Assembly (NCBI GenBank): GCA_040901675.1
Contig: JBBDYJ010000012.1
Coordinates: forward strand, 1-39,998
Origin: Pirellulales bacterium
Lineage (GTDB): Bacteria > Planctomycetota > Planctomycetia > Pirellulales > JAICIG01
Direction of reading: 5' to 3'
Length of the DNA: 39,998 nt
Shown: piece after piece, positions 18,468 to 29,000 of the stretch
Layout: every line of letters begins with the position of its first letter
Position numbering within the stretch: the first letter of the stretch is position 1
Made by a program: the position numbers and the translations under genes
Notes under the pieces: generated by a model
What the model was told of the DNA's origin: nothing
The model's input: only the letters and a program-made list of their open reading frames with translations
Databases searched by the model: none

Positions 18468-19844
18468 ATGGCATGGACTCTGTTGATCATGGTGGCGATG
18501 GTGGCGTTCAACGCCCTGTTTGCCGCCTATGAGATCGCCTTGGCGAGTGTTTCGGCCGCCCGTCTGAAGGCCCAGGCCGACGCAAATCGGCCCGGCGCCA
18601 AGGCCGCCCTCTACATGAAAATGAACATGGAGGCCAGCCTGGCCGCGGTTCAATTGGGGATCACGCTGGTGGGGGCCATCGCCGCGGCTACGGGGGGAGC
18701 CGGTGCCGAGGCGACAATCGGCCCGTATTTCGCGGCCTCGCTGGGCCTATCCGAGTGGTCGGCCGACTTGCTGGCCCTGGCGGTGGTGGTGATTCCCCTG
18801 AGTGCCGTCACGATTGTGGCGGGGGAGCTGATCCCCAAGGTATTTGCCTTGAAGAACAAGGAGTGGGTTTCGCTCAAGCTTTCGCCATCCATGCGGGTCT
18901 TGACCTCGGTGGTGTACCCCGCGGTCTGGGTGCTGGAGGGGCTGGTCAAGTCGATGCTGTCGTGGGGCGAGCGCCGCTGGCAGCCCAAGGTCGACGGCCG
19001 ATCGGAGGTGACGGAGATCGAAGAACTGCGGGCGGTGGTGGCCCTGGCACGGACCTCGCGCCTGATCGGCGGACAGGAAGAGCGGATCATCATGGGCGCG
19101 GCACGGCTCTCCAGCCGCTCGATTGCCGAGATCATGATTCCGGTGGATGAGATCGTCACGCTCGATTTGGCTCACACCATGGCCGAGAGCCTGGTGCTGG
19201 CCCATGCCGACATGCACACGCGGTTTCCCGTCTGCCGGCAGGCAGGCGACCCGCAGACGATCTGCGGCTACGTGAACTTCAAGGACATTGTCTCCGAATT
19301 GCGGCTCAGTCCGGACCAGCCATCGCTGCGGGGGATCATGCGGTCGATGCCCGACCTGTCGGCGGACCTCTCGATCGCGGCCAGCCTGCAGCGGATGATT
19401 CGCGAGCACGTTCACATCTCCCTGGTCCGCGACGACCAGTCGCGGATCGTCGGCATGGTGACGCTGGAAGACATCCTCGAAGAGCTGGTGGGCGACATCC
19501 TCGATGAGTACGATCGCTCGCCCAGCCATATTTCGGAAGGCGGGGCCGGCTGGGTGATGGGAGGCGGCGTGAACATCGACCGGCTGGAGCAGGCCACGGG
19601 CGTGCGGATCGACCGCGGCTCGCTGGCGAGCGATTGCCGCACGCTGAACGACTGGATTGTCCAGCATCTTCAGCGGCCGCCGCGGGGCGGCGACGTGGTC
19701 AAGGCATCTGGGCTGCGGGTGCTGGTCCGCAAGATCCGCCGCCAGCGGGTGCTCGAAGCGCAGGTCAGCCGCGACGAATCGCCCGGGCCGCCGGCGATCC
19801 GTCACGAACCGGCAAGGGCAAGCGAAGCCGCCCGGTACATGTAA
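18468..19844 (+). CDS. CNNM/DUF21-CBS-CorC hemolysin-family membrane protein (Mg/Co efflux related)
   Basis: FAAYEIAL, QLGITL, GELIPK, CBS pair (HTRFPV, GMVTLEDILEELVGDILDE) and CorC-like tail (TLNDWI). Confidence 0.9.
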   Translation: MAWTLLIMVAMVAFNALFAAYEIALASVSAARLKAQADANRPGAKAALYMKMNMEASLAAVQLGITLVGAIAAATGGAGAEATIGPYFAASLGLSEWSADLLALAVVVIPLSAVTIVAGELIPKVFALKNKEWVSLKLSPSMRVLTSVVYPAVWVLEGLVKSMLSWGERRWQPKVDGRSEVTEIEELRAVVALARTSRLIGGQEERIIMGAARLSSRSIAEIMIPVDEIVTLDLAHTMAESLVLAHADMHTRFPVCRQAGDPQTICGYVNFKDIVSELRLSPDQPSLRGIMRSMPDLSADLSIAASLQRMIREHVHISLVRDDQSRIVGMVTLEDILEELVGDILDEYDRSPSHISEGGAGWVMGGGVNIDRLEQATGVRIDRGSLASDCRTLNDWIVQHLQRPPRGGDVVKASGLRVLVRKIRRQRVLEAQVSRDESPGPPAIRHEPARASEAARYM

Positions 19845-19868
19845 CAGCCGGTCTTGCCCGGCTTTTTC

Positions 19869-19890
19869 GTAGAACGGAACTTCGTCCCGT
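19869..19890 (+). repeat. Degenerate GTAG-type REP element
   Basis: GTAGAACGGAACTTCGTCCCGT shares its first 11 nt with the REP pair at 20492-20569 and forms an imperfect hairpin. Confidence 0.6.
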
Positions 19891-19946
19891 CTGCACTTGC
19901 TGGTCGCCTCCACGAGGTCCGTCGCCGGAACCGTAAGGATATTGGC

Positions 19947-20495
19947 TTGAAACTGGAAGTCGAACAGAAGTTTGCCGTGCCCGACCTGGGCCAACTCCAG
20001 ACCCGCCTATTGGAGCTGGGGGCCAAGGCCGGCGAGCCGCAACTCCAGGTCGACCAGTATTTTGCCCATCCCTCGCGCGACTTTGCCCAGACCGACGAGG
20101 CCCTTCGAATCCGCCGCATCGGCCAGGGCAACTTCGTCACGTACAAGGGACCCAAGATCGACGCCACGACCAAAACCCGCCGCGAGCTGGAGTTGCCGCT
20201 GGCCGACGGCAGCCAGGCCGCCGGCGACTTTGGGCAATTGCTGGTGGCGCTGGGCTTCCGCCCGGTGGCCGTGGTATCGAAGCAGCGGCAGCCGATGGCC
20301 CTGGAGTGGCAGGGGCTCGAAGTCGCGGTCGCGCTGGACCAGGTAGAGAACCTGGGCACGTTTATTGAGCTGGAACTGGAGTCGGACGAATCGCAGTTGC
20401 CCGCCGCCCGGCAGGCTCTGGCGTCGTTGGCCGCCCAGCTTGGTTTAACCAGCGGCGAGCGCCGCAGCTACCTGGAGTTGCTGCTGGGGCCGTAG
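19947..20495 (+). CDS. cyaB: CYTH-domain protein, class IV adenylate cyclase family
   Basis: N-terminal EVEQKF (ExExK), DQYF, ALRIR, TYKGPK and LDQVENLGTFIELE; TTG start after AAGGA. Confidence 0.85.
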   Translation: MKLEVEQKFAVPDLGQLQTRLLELGAKAGEPQLQVDQYFAHPSRDFAQTDEALRIRRIGQGNFVTYKGPKIDATTKTRRELELPLADGSQAAGDFGQLLVALGFRPVAVVSKQRQPMALEWQGLEVAVALDQVENLGTFIELELESDESQLPAARQALASLAAQLGLTSGERRSYLELLLGP

Positions 20496-20569
20496 AACGG
20501 AATTTACTCCGTTGCTCCAGTCCAGTAACGTTTGCTACGAGACGGCAAACGGAATAAATTCCGTTCTAC
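20492..20569. repeat. Inverted REP doublet (REPIN-like) between convergent genes
   Basis: GTAGAACGGAATTTACTCCGTT (20492-20513) and the reverse-complement copy GTAGAACGGAATTTATTCCGTT (20548-20569), 21/22 identical, each GTAG plus hairpin. Confidence 0.85.
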
Positions 20570-21096
20570 TTGCGGGAGCGTGCGGCGGCGGCCTCGGCGG
20601 GGTCAACGCGTCGATCGCCGTCGGTGTCGAGCTTGTCGGGGAGCTTGCCGCCGCGGTTTGGCGCGGCGCCTGCCTGGCCCTTTTTTGCGTTTTTCATGGC
20701 GGCGTTGGCGGCCTGGATCTCGGGCCCGTCGAGCCGGCCGTTGCGGTTGCGATCGAACCTGGCCAGCAGCTTGGCCTGGCTGGTTCCGCGGGCAGGCGGG
20801 CTGATCGAACCGGCGGCGTTAGCTGCCGGCGGGGGAATTGGCACCGCCTGCGCGGGGGCCTGTTTCGCCTGCTTCTTGCGATCCTTGCGCTGCTTTGCGC
20901 GCTCGGAAGCCGCAGCCTTGCGCTCGTCGGGATCGAGGCGGCCATTGCCGTTGGCGTCGAACCTGGCGAGCAGGTCGGCTTTGGCTGCGGCCTTCTTCTG
21001 GGCGGCTGTTTCTTTGGGCTCCGCTGCTTTGAGCGTGGCCACGAGGGCCAACAGCACTGCAAGCGACCACCATGCACGGATCGACAACCTGCTCAT
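20566..21096 (-). CDS. Secreted EF-hand calcium-binding protein
   Basis: Signal peptide; three EF-hand loops DANGNGRLDPDE, DRNRNGRLDGPE and DTDGDRRVDPAE; Lys/Ala-rich; AAGGTGAG SD. Confidence 0.8.
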   Translation of the reverse strand: MSRLSIRAWWSLAVLLALVATLKAAEPKETAAQKKAAAKADLLARFDANGNGRLDPDERKAAASERAKQRKDRKKQAKQAPAQAVPIPPPAANAAGSISPPARGTSQAKLLARFDRNRNGRLDGPEIQAANAAMKNAKKGQAGAAPNRGGKLPDKLDTDGDRRVDPAEAAAARSRK

Positions 21097-21329
21097 CAGC
21101 TCACCTTGTGCTACAACAGGATCCCACTGGCCCGCAACTCTCAAGCGTACTCACTCACCAAGGTGATTTCCGCAAAAAAAACGGGCTTTGCGGCTTATTT
21201 TCCAGCAGGGCGGGCGTTGTTCCGTGTGCCGGGAAAACCATCCAGGGCAGACTTGGAGAAACGGAATGAGGAGAAACGGAATGGAGCCTGAGGGGTCCTT
21301 TGCCATCACGCCGGGTGTAATGCAAGCTT

Positions 21330-21375
21330 CCTCACGCTCCAGCGTGAGGGCTACTTTGTGCGTGAGGGGCTACTT
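21330..21375 (-). repeat. Second GTAG-type REP family (one full and one partial copy)
   Basis: Minus strand reads GTAGCCCCTCACGC...GTAGCCCTCACGCTGGAGCGTGAGG with a 9-bp stem, immediately after the DUF11 gene stop. Confidence 0.65.
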
Positions 21376-22552
21376 AACGCACGCGGCAGCGGAAGCGGAC
21401 GATGCCGCCTTGGCCGGGCTCGATCGGCTCGGTGATCTCCCACCGCAGCCCCAGCGATTCGGCCTCGTTCGACGTGCTGCTGAACTCGGCAGCCACGCTC
21501 GATTGGGCACTGTCGGCCACGTACTCCAAGCGGGTCGTGAGATTGTCCACCAGCACGATGTTGCCCAGCGGCTGATCGCCTACGTTGTCGAAGCGCAGCG
21601 TGAAGTCGATGGTGTCGCCCGGTTGGGCAAGCTGCGTCGATGCCACCTTGATCAGACGCAGCTTAGGCGAGTCGCGCAGGTCCTTGACGCTGTAGACCGC
21701 CTCGGCTCGTTGATCGCCCGTAATCTCGCCGGCGGCCTGCCGATCGAGGATCACGTGAACCGCCTGGTCGTGAGTCCAGACGATGGCCGCCTGGATGCCG
21801 ATCGCCAGCCGGGCCTTTTCCGCCTGGTCGACCAGGCCATGGCGGATTATCGCCAGGTCCTCGAACGGCAGGAACGAGTCCTGGAACCCGCGCGAAGTCA
21901 ACACGCTGGAAATTGCCCCGCCTTGCTGCCGGGTCTCGTAGGCGCCGGCCATGGTAGCGGCCACGTCGCCGCGGGGCTGCAGCCGCTGCAGGCTGCTCAC
22001 GGGGCCCTGGGCGTCGTCGTGGCGGGCCGGGCTGACGGGCAGCACCAGGCCGCCGGGTTGCGCGGCCTGCCCGGTCTGGATCACGCTGCTCACCAGGCGG
22101 ACCGAGGCGAAGCGCGGCGCATAGATGTGCACGCGGTTCGAGGGCTCGACCAGCGTGCGTCCATCCAGGCTGTCGTAATGAGCGACGGTGTCCTCCAGGT
22201 CGAGCCCGTGGACTTCCCACTCGGGCGAGACGGCCACCGGGCGGCCGGCATCGCCGCCATCCCGCAAGTACTCGTCGCGCGGCCAGGGCGTTTCCAAACC
22301 GGGCGGCGACCACGGGCCTTGCACGTGGTAGGGCAGGGGAGGGCCCCACGCGGCCGCCGGGGGCTCGTAGGCGGGCATGCCGGTCCAGGCCTGCGGAGGC
22401 AGTCCGCCGGGGCCCACGGGCGGGCCGTGATCGGCCGCCTGGCGCGAGTGCCAGCGGCAGGAACAAAGGGCCAGCGTGCCCAGCGCAATCACCACCAAAC
22501 GCCACCAGGGGGGCGGGCCATCGGACGCAACAGGCCGCTCGAGATGCGTCAT
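21374..22552 (-). CDS. Putative lipoprotein with C-terminal DUF11 domain
   Basis: Lipobox-like LALCSC; C-terminal KVASTQLAQPGDTIDFTLRFDNVGD...LVDNL...LEYVADS...PGQGGIVRF; ATGA overlap with the upstream gene. Confidence 0.78.
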   Translation of the reverse strand: MTHLERPVASDGPPPWWRLVVIALGTLALCSCRWHSRQAADHGPPVGPGGLPPQAWTGMPAYEPPAAAWGPPLPYHVQGPWSPPGLETPWPRDEYLRDGGDAGRPVAVSPEWEVHGLDLEDTVAHYDSLDGRTLVEPSNRVHIYAPRFASVRLVSSVIQTGQAAQPGGLVLPVSPARHDDAQGPVSSLQRLQPRGDVAATMAGAYETRQQGGAISSVLTSRGFQDSFLPFEDLAIIRHGLVDQAEKARLAIGIQAAIVWTHDQAVHVILDRQAAGEITGDQRAEAVYSVKDLRDSPKLRLIKVASTQLAQPGDTIDFTLRFDNVGDQPLGNIVLVDNLTTRLEYVADSAQSSVAAEFSSTSNEAESLGLRWEITEPIEPGQGGIVRFRCRVR

Positions 22553-23436
22553 CGCGTGGCGCGCCCCCGCGTCAGCGTCAGGCGGGCGCCGCCGGGTGTC
22601 AGCCCCTCGCGGAAGAATTCGAGCGGCTGCTCCTCCCCCGGCTCCGCAGGTCGATCCTCGCTCTCGATCCAAGGCCGAAACAGCGTAAAGGGAGGGCATC
22701 CGCCGAGGAACTGCATGTCCGGCAGCTCGCTATCGACCGGCAGGCGGCCTCCCATCCTGAGGATGGCCAGCGGCCGCCCCCACTGATCGGCTTCGAGCAG
22801 CGGGTTGGCGCCCGGGCCGGCGTCATACCAGGGGCGTCCGGCCGGCCCCTCGCGGACGGGCAATGCCAGCTCGGGATCTTCGAGGTAGATGACGCGTGTG
22901 ACAAACTTGCCTTCCATGGCCAGCCGCAGGTCGTCGGGGTTCAGCTCGACCGGGATGGGGAAGCGCCGCTCCTGGCCGGCCGGTGTATAGAGCCGGTCAA
23001 TCACCTCGATCGTGGGAAAGACTTCCTGCCCTTCGTTGAAGGGGATGTTCGAAACGCGCAGCCGATACACCGGGGCGATCAACAGCCCCACGTTGAGCGG
23101 CGTGGCGTAGGGCTCGCTGAAAGTGCCCTCAAGGGCCAGCGAGACTTTCACGCCCGCCGGAGCCTGGATCTCGACCGGCTGAAAATAGCCCGGCAATGGC
23201 CCGCCCCGCTGGAGTCGCAGGCTGCCAATCGCTCCCGGAGGGGCAAGGGCCTGGTGCTGATAGTGGACTTCCGGAGCCTGCGCCGCCGCCGGCGAGGCCA
23301 GGACCGCCAACACCAGCAGTGCACTTGCCCATAGTATCAGGCACACTGGGTGTGCCGTCCGCGCGACGCGCGCCCCGTCGCATCGGCAACGGGGCGCACA
23401 GCGGGGCGGTCGGGCCATTGTCATGGGCTGTGTCAT
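22549..23436 (-). CDS. Secreted hypothetical protein, paralog of 23485-24618
   Basis: Signal peptide ending PAAAQ; shares YRL...NIP...PT(I/L)E...IPV...FVTxVIYL.DPE...EAD..G..LAI.R.G with the upstream gene. Start uncertain (23436, 23424 or 23418). Confidence 0.75.
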   Translation of the reverse strand: MTQPMTMARPPRCAPRCRCDGARVARTAHPVCLILWASALLVLAVLASPAAAQAPEVHYQHQALAPPGAIGSLRLQRGGPLPGYFQPVEIQAPAGVKVSLALEGTFSEPYATPLNVGLLIAPVYRLRVSNIPFNEGQEVFPTIEVIDRLYTPAGQERRFPIPVELNPDDLRLAMEGKFVTRVIYLEDPELALPVREGPAGRPWYDAGPGANPLLEADQWGRPLAILRMGGRLPVDSELPDMQFLGGCPPFTLFRPWIESEDRPAEPGEEQPLEFFREGLTPGGARLTLTRGRATR

Positions 23437-23484
23437 TGAGCATCGACGCGCTTGGCCAGTCAGCTTCGATCCCGTCCGACGCGG

Positions 23485-24618
23485 TTACTCGCAGTTGCCG
23501 TCGACACAGTCGGCCGCGGCCATGGGGCCGTGCGCGGCGTCGGTGTGCACCGATCGCTTCTTGGACCAGAATGGCTGGCGGAACCAGAGCCACGGCGCCC
23601 GGGCCCGCTCATGAATGAAGGCCCTCTGCGGCGGCTTCGGATAGTGGAATCCCGGCGACTGGCGCACGTGAATGCCGACCTTTTCCACCGGCCCTGGGAT
23701 GCGGTGGATCGTGTGGTTGCGGATCGTGTGCTTCTGCAACCCGGCCGGGATGCCCAACGGGACGTGCGGCGGGCCGGGCAGCCCGATCGGCGTGCCGGTG
23801 ATCGGCATCCCATACTGGGGAGCGGTCACGCCGGCCATCATGTCGGGGGCGGTGCCGGGCGCGCAATAACCAGCGGGGATCATGCGGCCACTCATCCCGT
23901 ACTCGCCGCCGTATCCGCCGCTCATCCCGTACTCGCCACCATATCCGGCGCCCATCAGTTCCTCTTCGCCGCCCGACTGCAAGTCCTTGTTGCCGACGCG
24001 AACGATCGCCAGGATCGCGCCACGGCGATCGGCCTCGACAATCGGATCGACGCCCGGATCGAGCCGCGTGCTGACCAGCGTTTCGACGCCGGCGGCCACG
24101 GCCAGTTCCTGGTACTCGGGATCAGGCAGGTAGATCACCTTGGTCACGAAGTTGCCGGTCAGCACCTGGTCGAAGTCTTCTTCGGTGAACTGCACGGGAA
24201 TGGCGTTGTGCGCCAGGTAAGCGTCGGTGCGCGGCAGCGAGGGGCCGATCTCCAGCGTCGGATACAGCTCGATGCCTTCACGGCCGGGGATGTTCGTCAG
24301 CTTGAGCCGGTAGATCGCGCCTTGGGGGAAGTTATTCCGGCCGGGAACGATCAGCGGCTCCGAGTCGAACATGCCCGGCATGCTGACGTCCCACGCCACC
24401 ATCATCCCGTCAGGCCCGGCGAACACCACCTGCGACGCCGCGGCCGGAAAGGGCGGCATTCCGCTGGGGTTGCCCAGCATCATCACGCCGGGTCCAGGCC
24501 CATCGACGCCCGGTCCGGGGTGCATGATCCGCTCGGCGGGGGGCAAGTTATTGGTGAAAGGCAGTTTGCAGCCGACGGCAGCCGCAAAGACGCTCAGCAG
24601 GGCCAATTGGTACTTCAT
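23485..24618 (-). CDS. Hypothetical lipoprotein (Pro/Gly-rich)
   Basis: MKYQLALLSVFAAAVGC lipobox; GGGGGA SD; globular core shared with the downstream paralog; 30-bp tandem duplication at 23891-23950. Confidence 0.8.
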   Translation of the reverse strand: MKYQLALLSVFAAAVGCKLPFTNNLPPAERIMHPGPGVDGPGPGVMMLGNPSGMPPFPAAASQVVFAGPDGMMVAWDVSMPGMFDSEPLIVPGRNNFPQGAIYRLKLTNIPGREGIELYPTLEIGPSLPRTDAYLAHNAIPVQFTEEDFDQVLTGNFVTKVIYLPDPEYQELAVAAGVETLVSTRLDPGVDPIVEADRRGAILAIVRVGNKDLQSGGEEELMGAGYGGEYGMSGGYGGEYGMSGRMIPAGYCAPGTAPDMMAGVTAPQYGMPITGTPIGLPGPPHVPLGIPAGLQKHTIRNHTIHRIPGPVEKVGIHVRQSPGFHYPKPPQRAFIHERARAPWLWFRQPFWSKKRSVHTDAAHGPMAAADCVDGNCE

Positions 24619-24907
24619 CGATTCCCCCTGGATGATCGCCCAGGCCGGCCAGGCGATGGCCTCGGCTGGTCTCGTGGCTGTTTGGTGATCCATGGGCCGC
24701 GTCGGGCGGCCGCTCTGCCGACACATTGGCGTGGCCCCACCGCCGGCACGCCCCTATAATCCGCCCCGAATGACCCCAGCCGACCGGCATGTCGTTCCTC
24801 TTCGCCGGTCAACTGCATCCGTAACGGCCGCCTGGACGGTGAGCCTCTGTAGTAATTGGTCGGTCTGGCAGATCGGGATTCTTTGACAAATCCGGCAGAA
24901 CCCTAAG

Positions 24908-25894
24908 ATGACGAACAGGTTTCCAGCCTTGCCATGGACCTGCTTGGGGATTGGGCTGTTGGGGGTTATGGCGGCCGCGCATGGGCAGCTCTCGCCTGGA
25001 CTGCTCACCGCCATCGGGGGTTCCAGACCCGCCGGCGCGCCGAGCGGACCAGATTCCGAGCAACCCGGCCGGCAGTCCAACGCCCGGGCCGAGCAACTGC
25101 TGGCGGAGGCCCGCGCCCGTCTCGCCGCGCACCGCTCGATCACGGCCGCCATCCGGCAGCAAGTGAATCTGTATCGCCAGCAACTGGTGGGCAGCGGCAC
25201 GTACCTGCAAGCGGCCAGCGAAACACCCCGCCTGCGGTTCGAACTCACGTTGCGCGTGGACGACCAGGTGGCCAGTTTTCAGCAAGTGTGCGACGGACAG
25301 TATCTATGGATCCGCCGGCAAACGCAGTTGCACGGACCGCCGGATTTGGGCCGGGTCGATCTGGCCCGCGTGCTGTCAGCCGTCGAGGCCCCAGACGGCG
25401 CCCCCCCCGCAGGCGGAGCCGGCGCTGTCGGCGGGATGCCGCCGGCCCTCGGTTGGGGAGGGCTGCCCCAGTTGCTGGAGGCCTTGGACCGGGCGTTTGA
25501 ATTCGCCACGGTCAGCGATGGACAGCTTCGAGGCCGCGGCGTGCACGCGTTGCGCGGCCAGTGGACGGCGGAGCACCTGGCACGCTGGCTCCCCGACCAG
25601 AAGGCTCGAATCGAAGAAGGTAAGCCGGCCCTGCTCGACAAGCTGCCGCCGGCGCTGCCCGACCATGTTGTCGTGCTGTTGGGACGCGACGACCTGTTCC
25701 CCTACCGGATTGAATACCGCCGGACGGCCGGCGAGGCGGGCGAGACGGACCAGATCCTGGTGGCCATCGATCTTTATGACGTCAGGTTCGACCAGCCGCT
25801 GGACGAGCGCTTGTTCGAGTTCGAACCCGGCCCCATGCCTTGGACCGACGAAACCGACCGCTACCTCCGCGAGCACATGGGCCCAGAGCGCTAA
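24908..25894 (+). CDS. Exported hypothetical protein, possible LolA-like fold
   Basis: Signal peptide; GSGTYLQ...RFEL...QVCDGQYLW and C-terminal PYRIEY...DVRFDQPLDERLFEFEP resemble the LolA/LppX pattern. Confidence 0.6.
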   Translation: MTNRFPALPWTCLGIGLLGVMAAAHGQLSPGLLTAIGGSRPAGAPSGPDSEQPGRQSNARAEQLLAEARARLAAHRSITAAIRQQVNLYRQQLVGSGTYLQAASETPRLRFELTLRVDDQVASFQQVCDGQYLWIRRQTQLHGPPDLGRVDLARVLSAVEAPDGAPPAGGAGAVGGMPPALGWGGLPQLLEALDRAFEFATVSDGQLRGRGVHALRGQWTAEHLARWLPDQKARIEEGKPALLDKLPPALPDHVVVLLGRDDLFPYRIEYRRTAGEAGETDQILVAIDLYDVRFDQPLDERLFEFEPGPMPWTDETDRYLREHMGPER

Positions 25895-26054
25895 CGTAAG
25901 GCCGGCGTTTCGGGTGTACGTCGTGACCGCATTCATGCGCTGCTGAGCAGTGCCGCATTGATTCCTCCTTTCTTCTTTCTCCCTCTGCTTTCCCGTCTGT
26001 AACGAGGCCGCGATAGTATAAGTTGGGGGGAGTGGGGAGGCAGGAGATGGTGGC

Positions 26055-29000
26055 GTGATGTTATCGCAGCGGAAACACCGATCGGCTTGCGCGGCATCGG
26101 CAACGAGCGCGGTGCTGGTCGGCGCGCTGGTGATCGGCGCGATGGCTGGCGCGGCGCGCGGGGAAGAGACCCCGCAGACGGGGTCGGAGGTGCTGTTCGA
26201 TTTTGAAGCAGTGGGACGGGTTGCCGAGCTAAGGGCGGGGGAGTATGCGAAGGTCGAGTGGACGAGCGAGGGGCTCGACGGCACGGGGGCGGCGAGGATC
26301 ACGTTCGCCGTGCCCGAGGGGGTCAGGGCGTTCGCGGCGGTGGTGGCAGAGAAGAAGGCGCTGCGGGTAAGGGACTTTAGGCCGTTCGAGGCGATGAGCC
26401 TCTGGATCATGAATCCGGGGCCGCACGAGGCCGAATTGTCGCTGTGCGTGTGGGATGAAAACGCAAACCGCGGCTTTCCCGTCCCCTCGACGATCCGCGT
26501 GCAGCCGGGAAAGTGGCAACAGGTCGTAGTGCGGCTGGCTCTGCATGGATTGGATGCCGAGCGGATCGGCTCGCTGCACTTCTACCAGAAGTTGGGCCGT
26601 GCGCCGTGCACGCTCCTCGTCGATGACGTGCGGCTGCTGTCGCCCTACGACGGAAGGATCGCGGCCAAGATCCAATCGTCGCGAGAGTTCCTCAACCAGG
26701 CACGCAACGGCTCTGCGGCACTCGGGGCGAAGAAACAGATTGAAGAGAAGATCGCCCCGCTGGAAAAGAGGCTGCTGGCGATTGAACAGCCCTCGAAGCC
26801 AGGGCAGGGTGCGGCCCAGAGGACGCGTCGATTACTGGAGCTGGCTCAGATCATGACGTCGGCCCAGGAACTGGCCGGCTCGATCCGGATACGCAACGAA
26901 GGGGCCAGCGTGACGCTCGCCGGGCCGCACGTCGAAGCGAGCTGGCTGGGCGATGCGGATCGAGTCGGACGAATCACCGATCTCAGGCTGCTCGATACAC
27001 TCCTTGGTGATCAAGATTTCGGGCGGTTGGAACCGGCGCAGAACTTGGAAAGACTGGTCGTCCGCGGTCAATGGTTCACGGGGGCCGGGCTGGCCAGGCT
27101 GCCGGCGCGCCGGCTGGCGAGGCTGTCGCTGGGGTCGAGCGGCGCTCACGACGAGGCGCTGGCGAAGATCGGAAAGTTCCAGCAGTTGGAGGAGCTGGAG
27201 CTGGATGAAACCAACGTAACCAGCAGCGTCCTGGCTCACCTCGAGCCGCTTGAACAGCTCAAGAGCCTGAACATGAGCGGCACTGGTGTTTCGGACGCGG
27301 GCTTTTCCGCAATCGGCAAGCTCTCGCGGCTCGAGTCGCTCGACCTAGGCCGCACGCGCGTCACGGGCCAAAGCCTGCGGCACCTTGCGAACCTGCAACA
27401 GCTCAGGTCGCTGAACCTGGCGCATACCGGGGTGGATGACGAGGGACTCTCGCACCTGGGAGAGCTTCCGCGGCTGGAATCGCTGGCGCTCGAGAATACG
27501 GCGATCACCGGGGCCGGCTTCGGCCGGCTCGAGGGGTTGGACGCCTTGGTCAGCTTGAATCTCAACGGCACGCGGGTCGGCGATTCGGCCCTGCGGCAGC
27601 TCGGCGAATTGCCGAATCTGAAACGGCTGGAGATGTCCAGCACGCCGATCACCGACGCGAGCCTGGCACACGTTGCCTCGTCGGCCCGGCTCGAATACCT
27701 GGATCTGTACGGGACAAACGTCAGCGATGCAGGCATCGCGCACCTGGCCGAGCAGGAGGACCTGGCGGATCTGTACCTGGCCGGGACGCGGGTGTCGGAC
27801 GCTGGCATCGGTTACCTCGTGAAGCTGAGCAAACTCGAACGGCTCGACTTGGAAGGCACGAGGATCACCGACGCTGGATTGGTGCATTTGAAACAATTGT
27901 CAAACCTGGCAAGCTTGAGACTTGCCAACACCCGGATCACGGGGCAGGGGCTGGCGCACCTGGCCGAATTGTCGCAGCTCAGCGAGCTGGACTTGTCCGG
28001 GACCCGCGTGACCGACGAGGCCCTGGGGGCGCTTTCGCGGCTGGAGAACCTACGAAGATTGCAGCTCAGCGGAACGCGGGTCACGAGCGCGGGGATGCGG
28101 GACCTGGCGGCGGCGGCGCAACTCGTCCAGCTCGATCTGGAAGCCACGGACGTGGTGGATGAGGGACTCGACGCACTGGCCGCCTTGGCCAACCTCGAGC
28201 GGCTGAACCTGAGCGAGACGGCGGTGACGGATGAGGGACTCAAGCACGTGGCGCGAATGAAAAAGCTGACGTCGCTCTCCCTGGACCATACTCGGATCAC
28301 CGATGAGGGACTCAGCGAGCTGCCGGACGGCTACGCGCAGCTTGCCCTTGCGCACACGCGGATCACCGACCAGGGACTGGGGCACCTGGCGCGGAACGAT
28401 CAGCTTGCCGTCCTGCGGCTGGCCTCGACGGGGATCACGAGCAAGGGGCTGGAACTGTTGCACGCGCTGCCGAACCTGCGGCAACTCGACCTGGCGGAAA
28501 CGGACATCGACGACGGGGGTCTGGCCCATCTTGCGGTGTTGCCGGGACTCGAGGAGCTGAACCTCGACGGGACGCCCGTTACCGACATCGCGATCGACAC
28601 GCTGTTGGGCATGCCCGGACTGCGCCGGCTCTCGCTGGAGAACTCGCGGGTCACGGCGCAAGGAGCGTCGTACATCAAGCGCCGTGCGCCGAAGCTGGAG
28701 CTGGGGCTTGTATTCCCCTGGGTGTGGGACCGCCGGTGGTCGTTTTACACCTTGCCCGACGAGGAGCACTCCGGCTCACGGTCGAATCCAAGAACCGTGC
28801 TGGACCAGGTCAAGGCGCTGGGAAGCCTGGGATACCTGCGCGTTCACGATGGCATGCTCAGCCGCGAAGTGCTCCGGTCGCTGAAGGATTTGCCCGCGCT
28901 GGAACACGTGAGCTTCGAGGGCACGGCGATCAGCGACGCCATGCTCTCCGAATTGCTGGGCCTTTCGCAGGTGACCCGGATGGATCTGTCCAAGACGGCG

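Noticed and set aside
24883..24909. TTGACA...TAAGAT promoter for the LolA-like gene
   Set aside because: The spacer is only 15 bp and the -10 overlaps the presumed ATG; cannot be resolved without TSS data.
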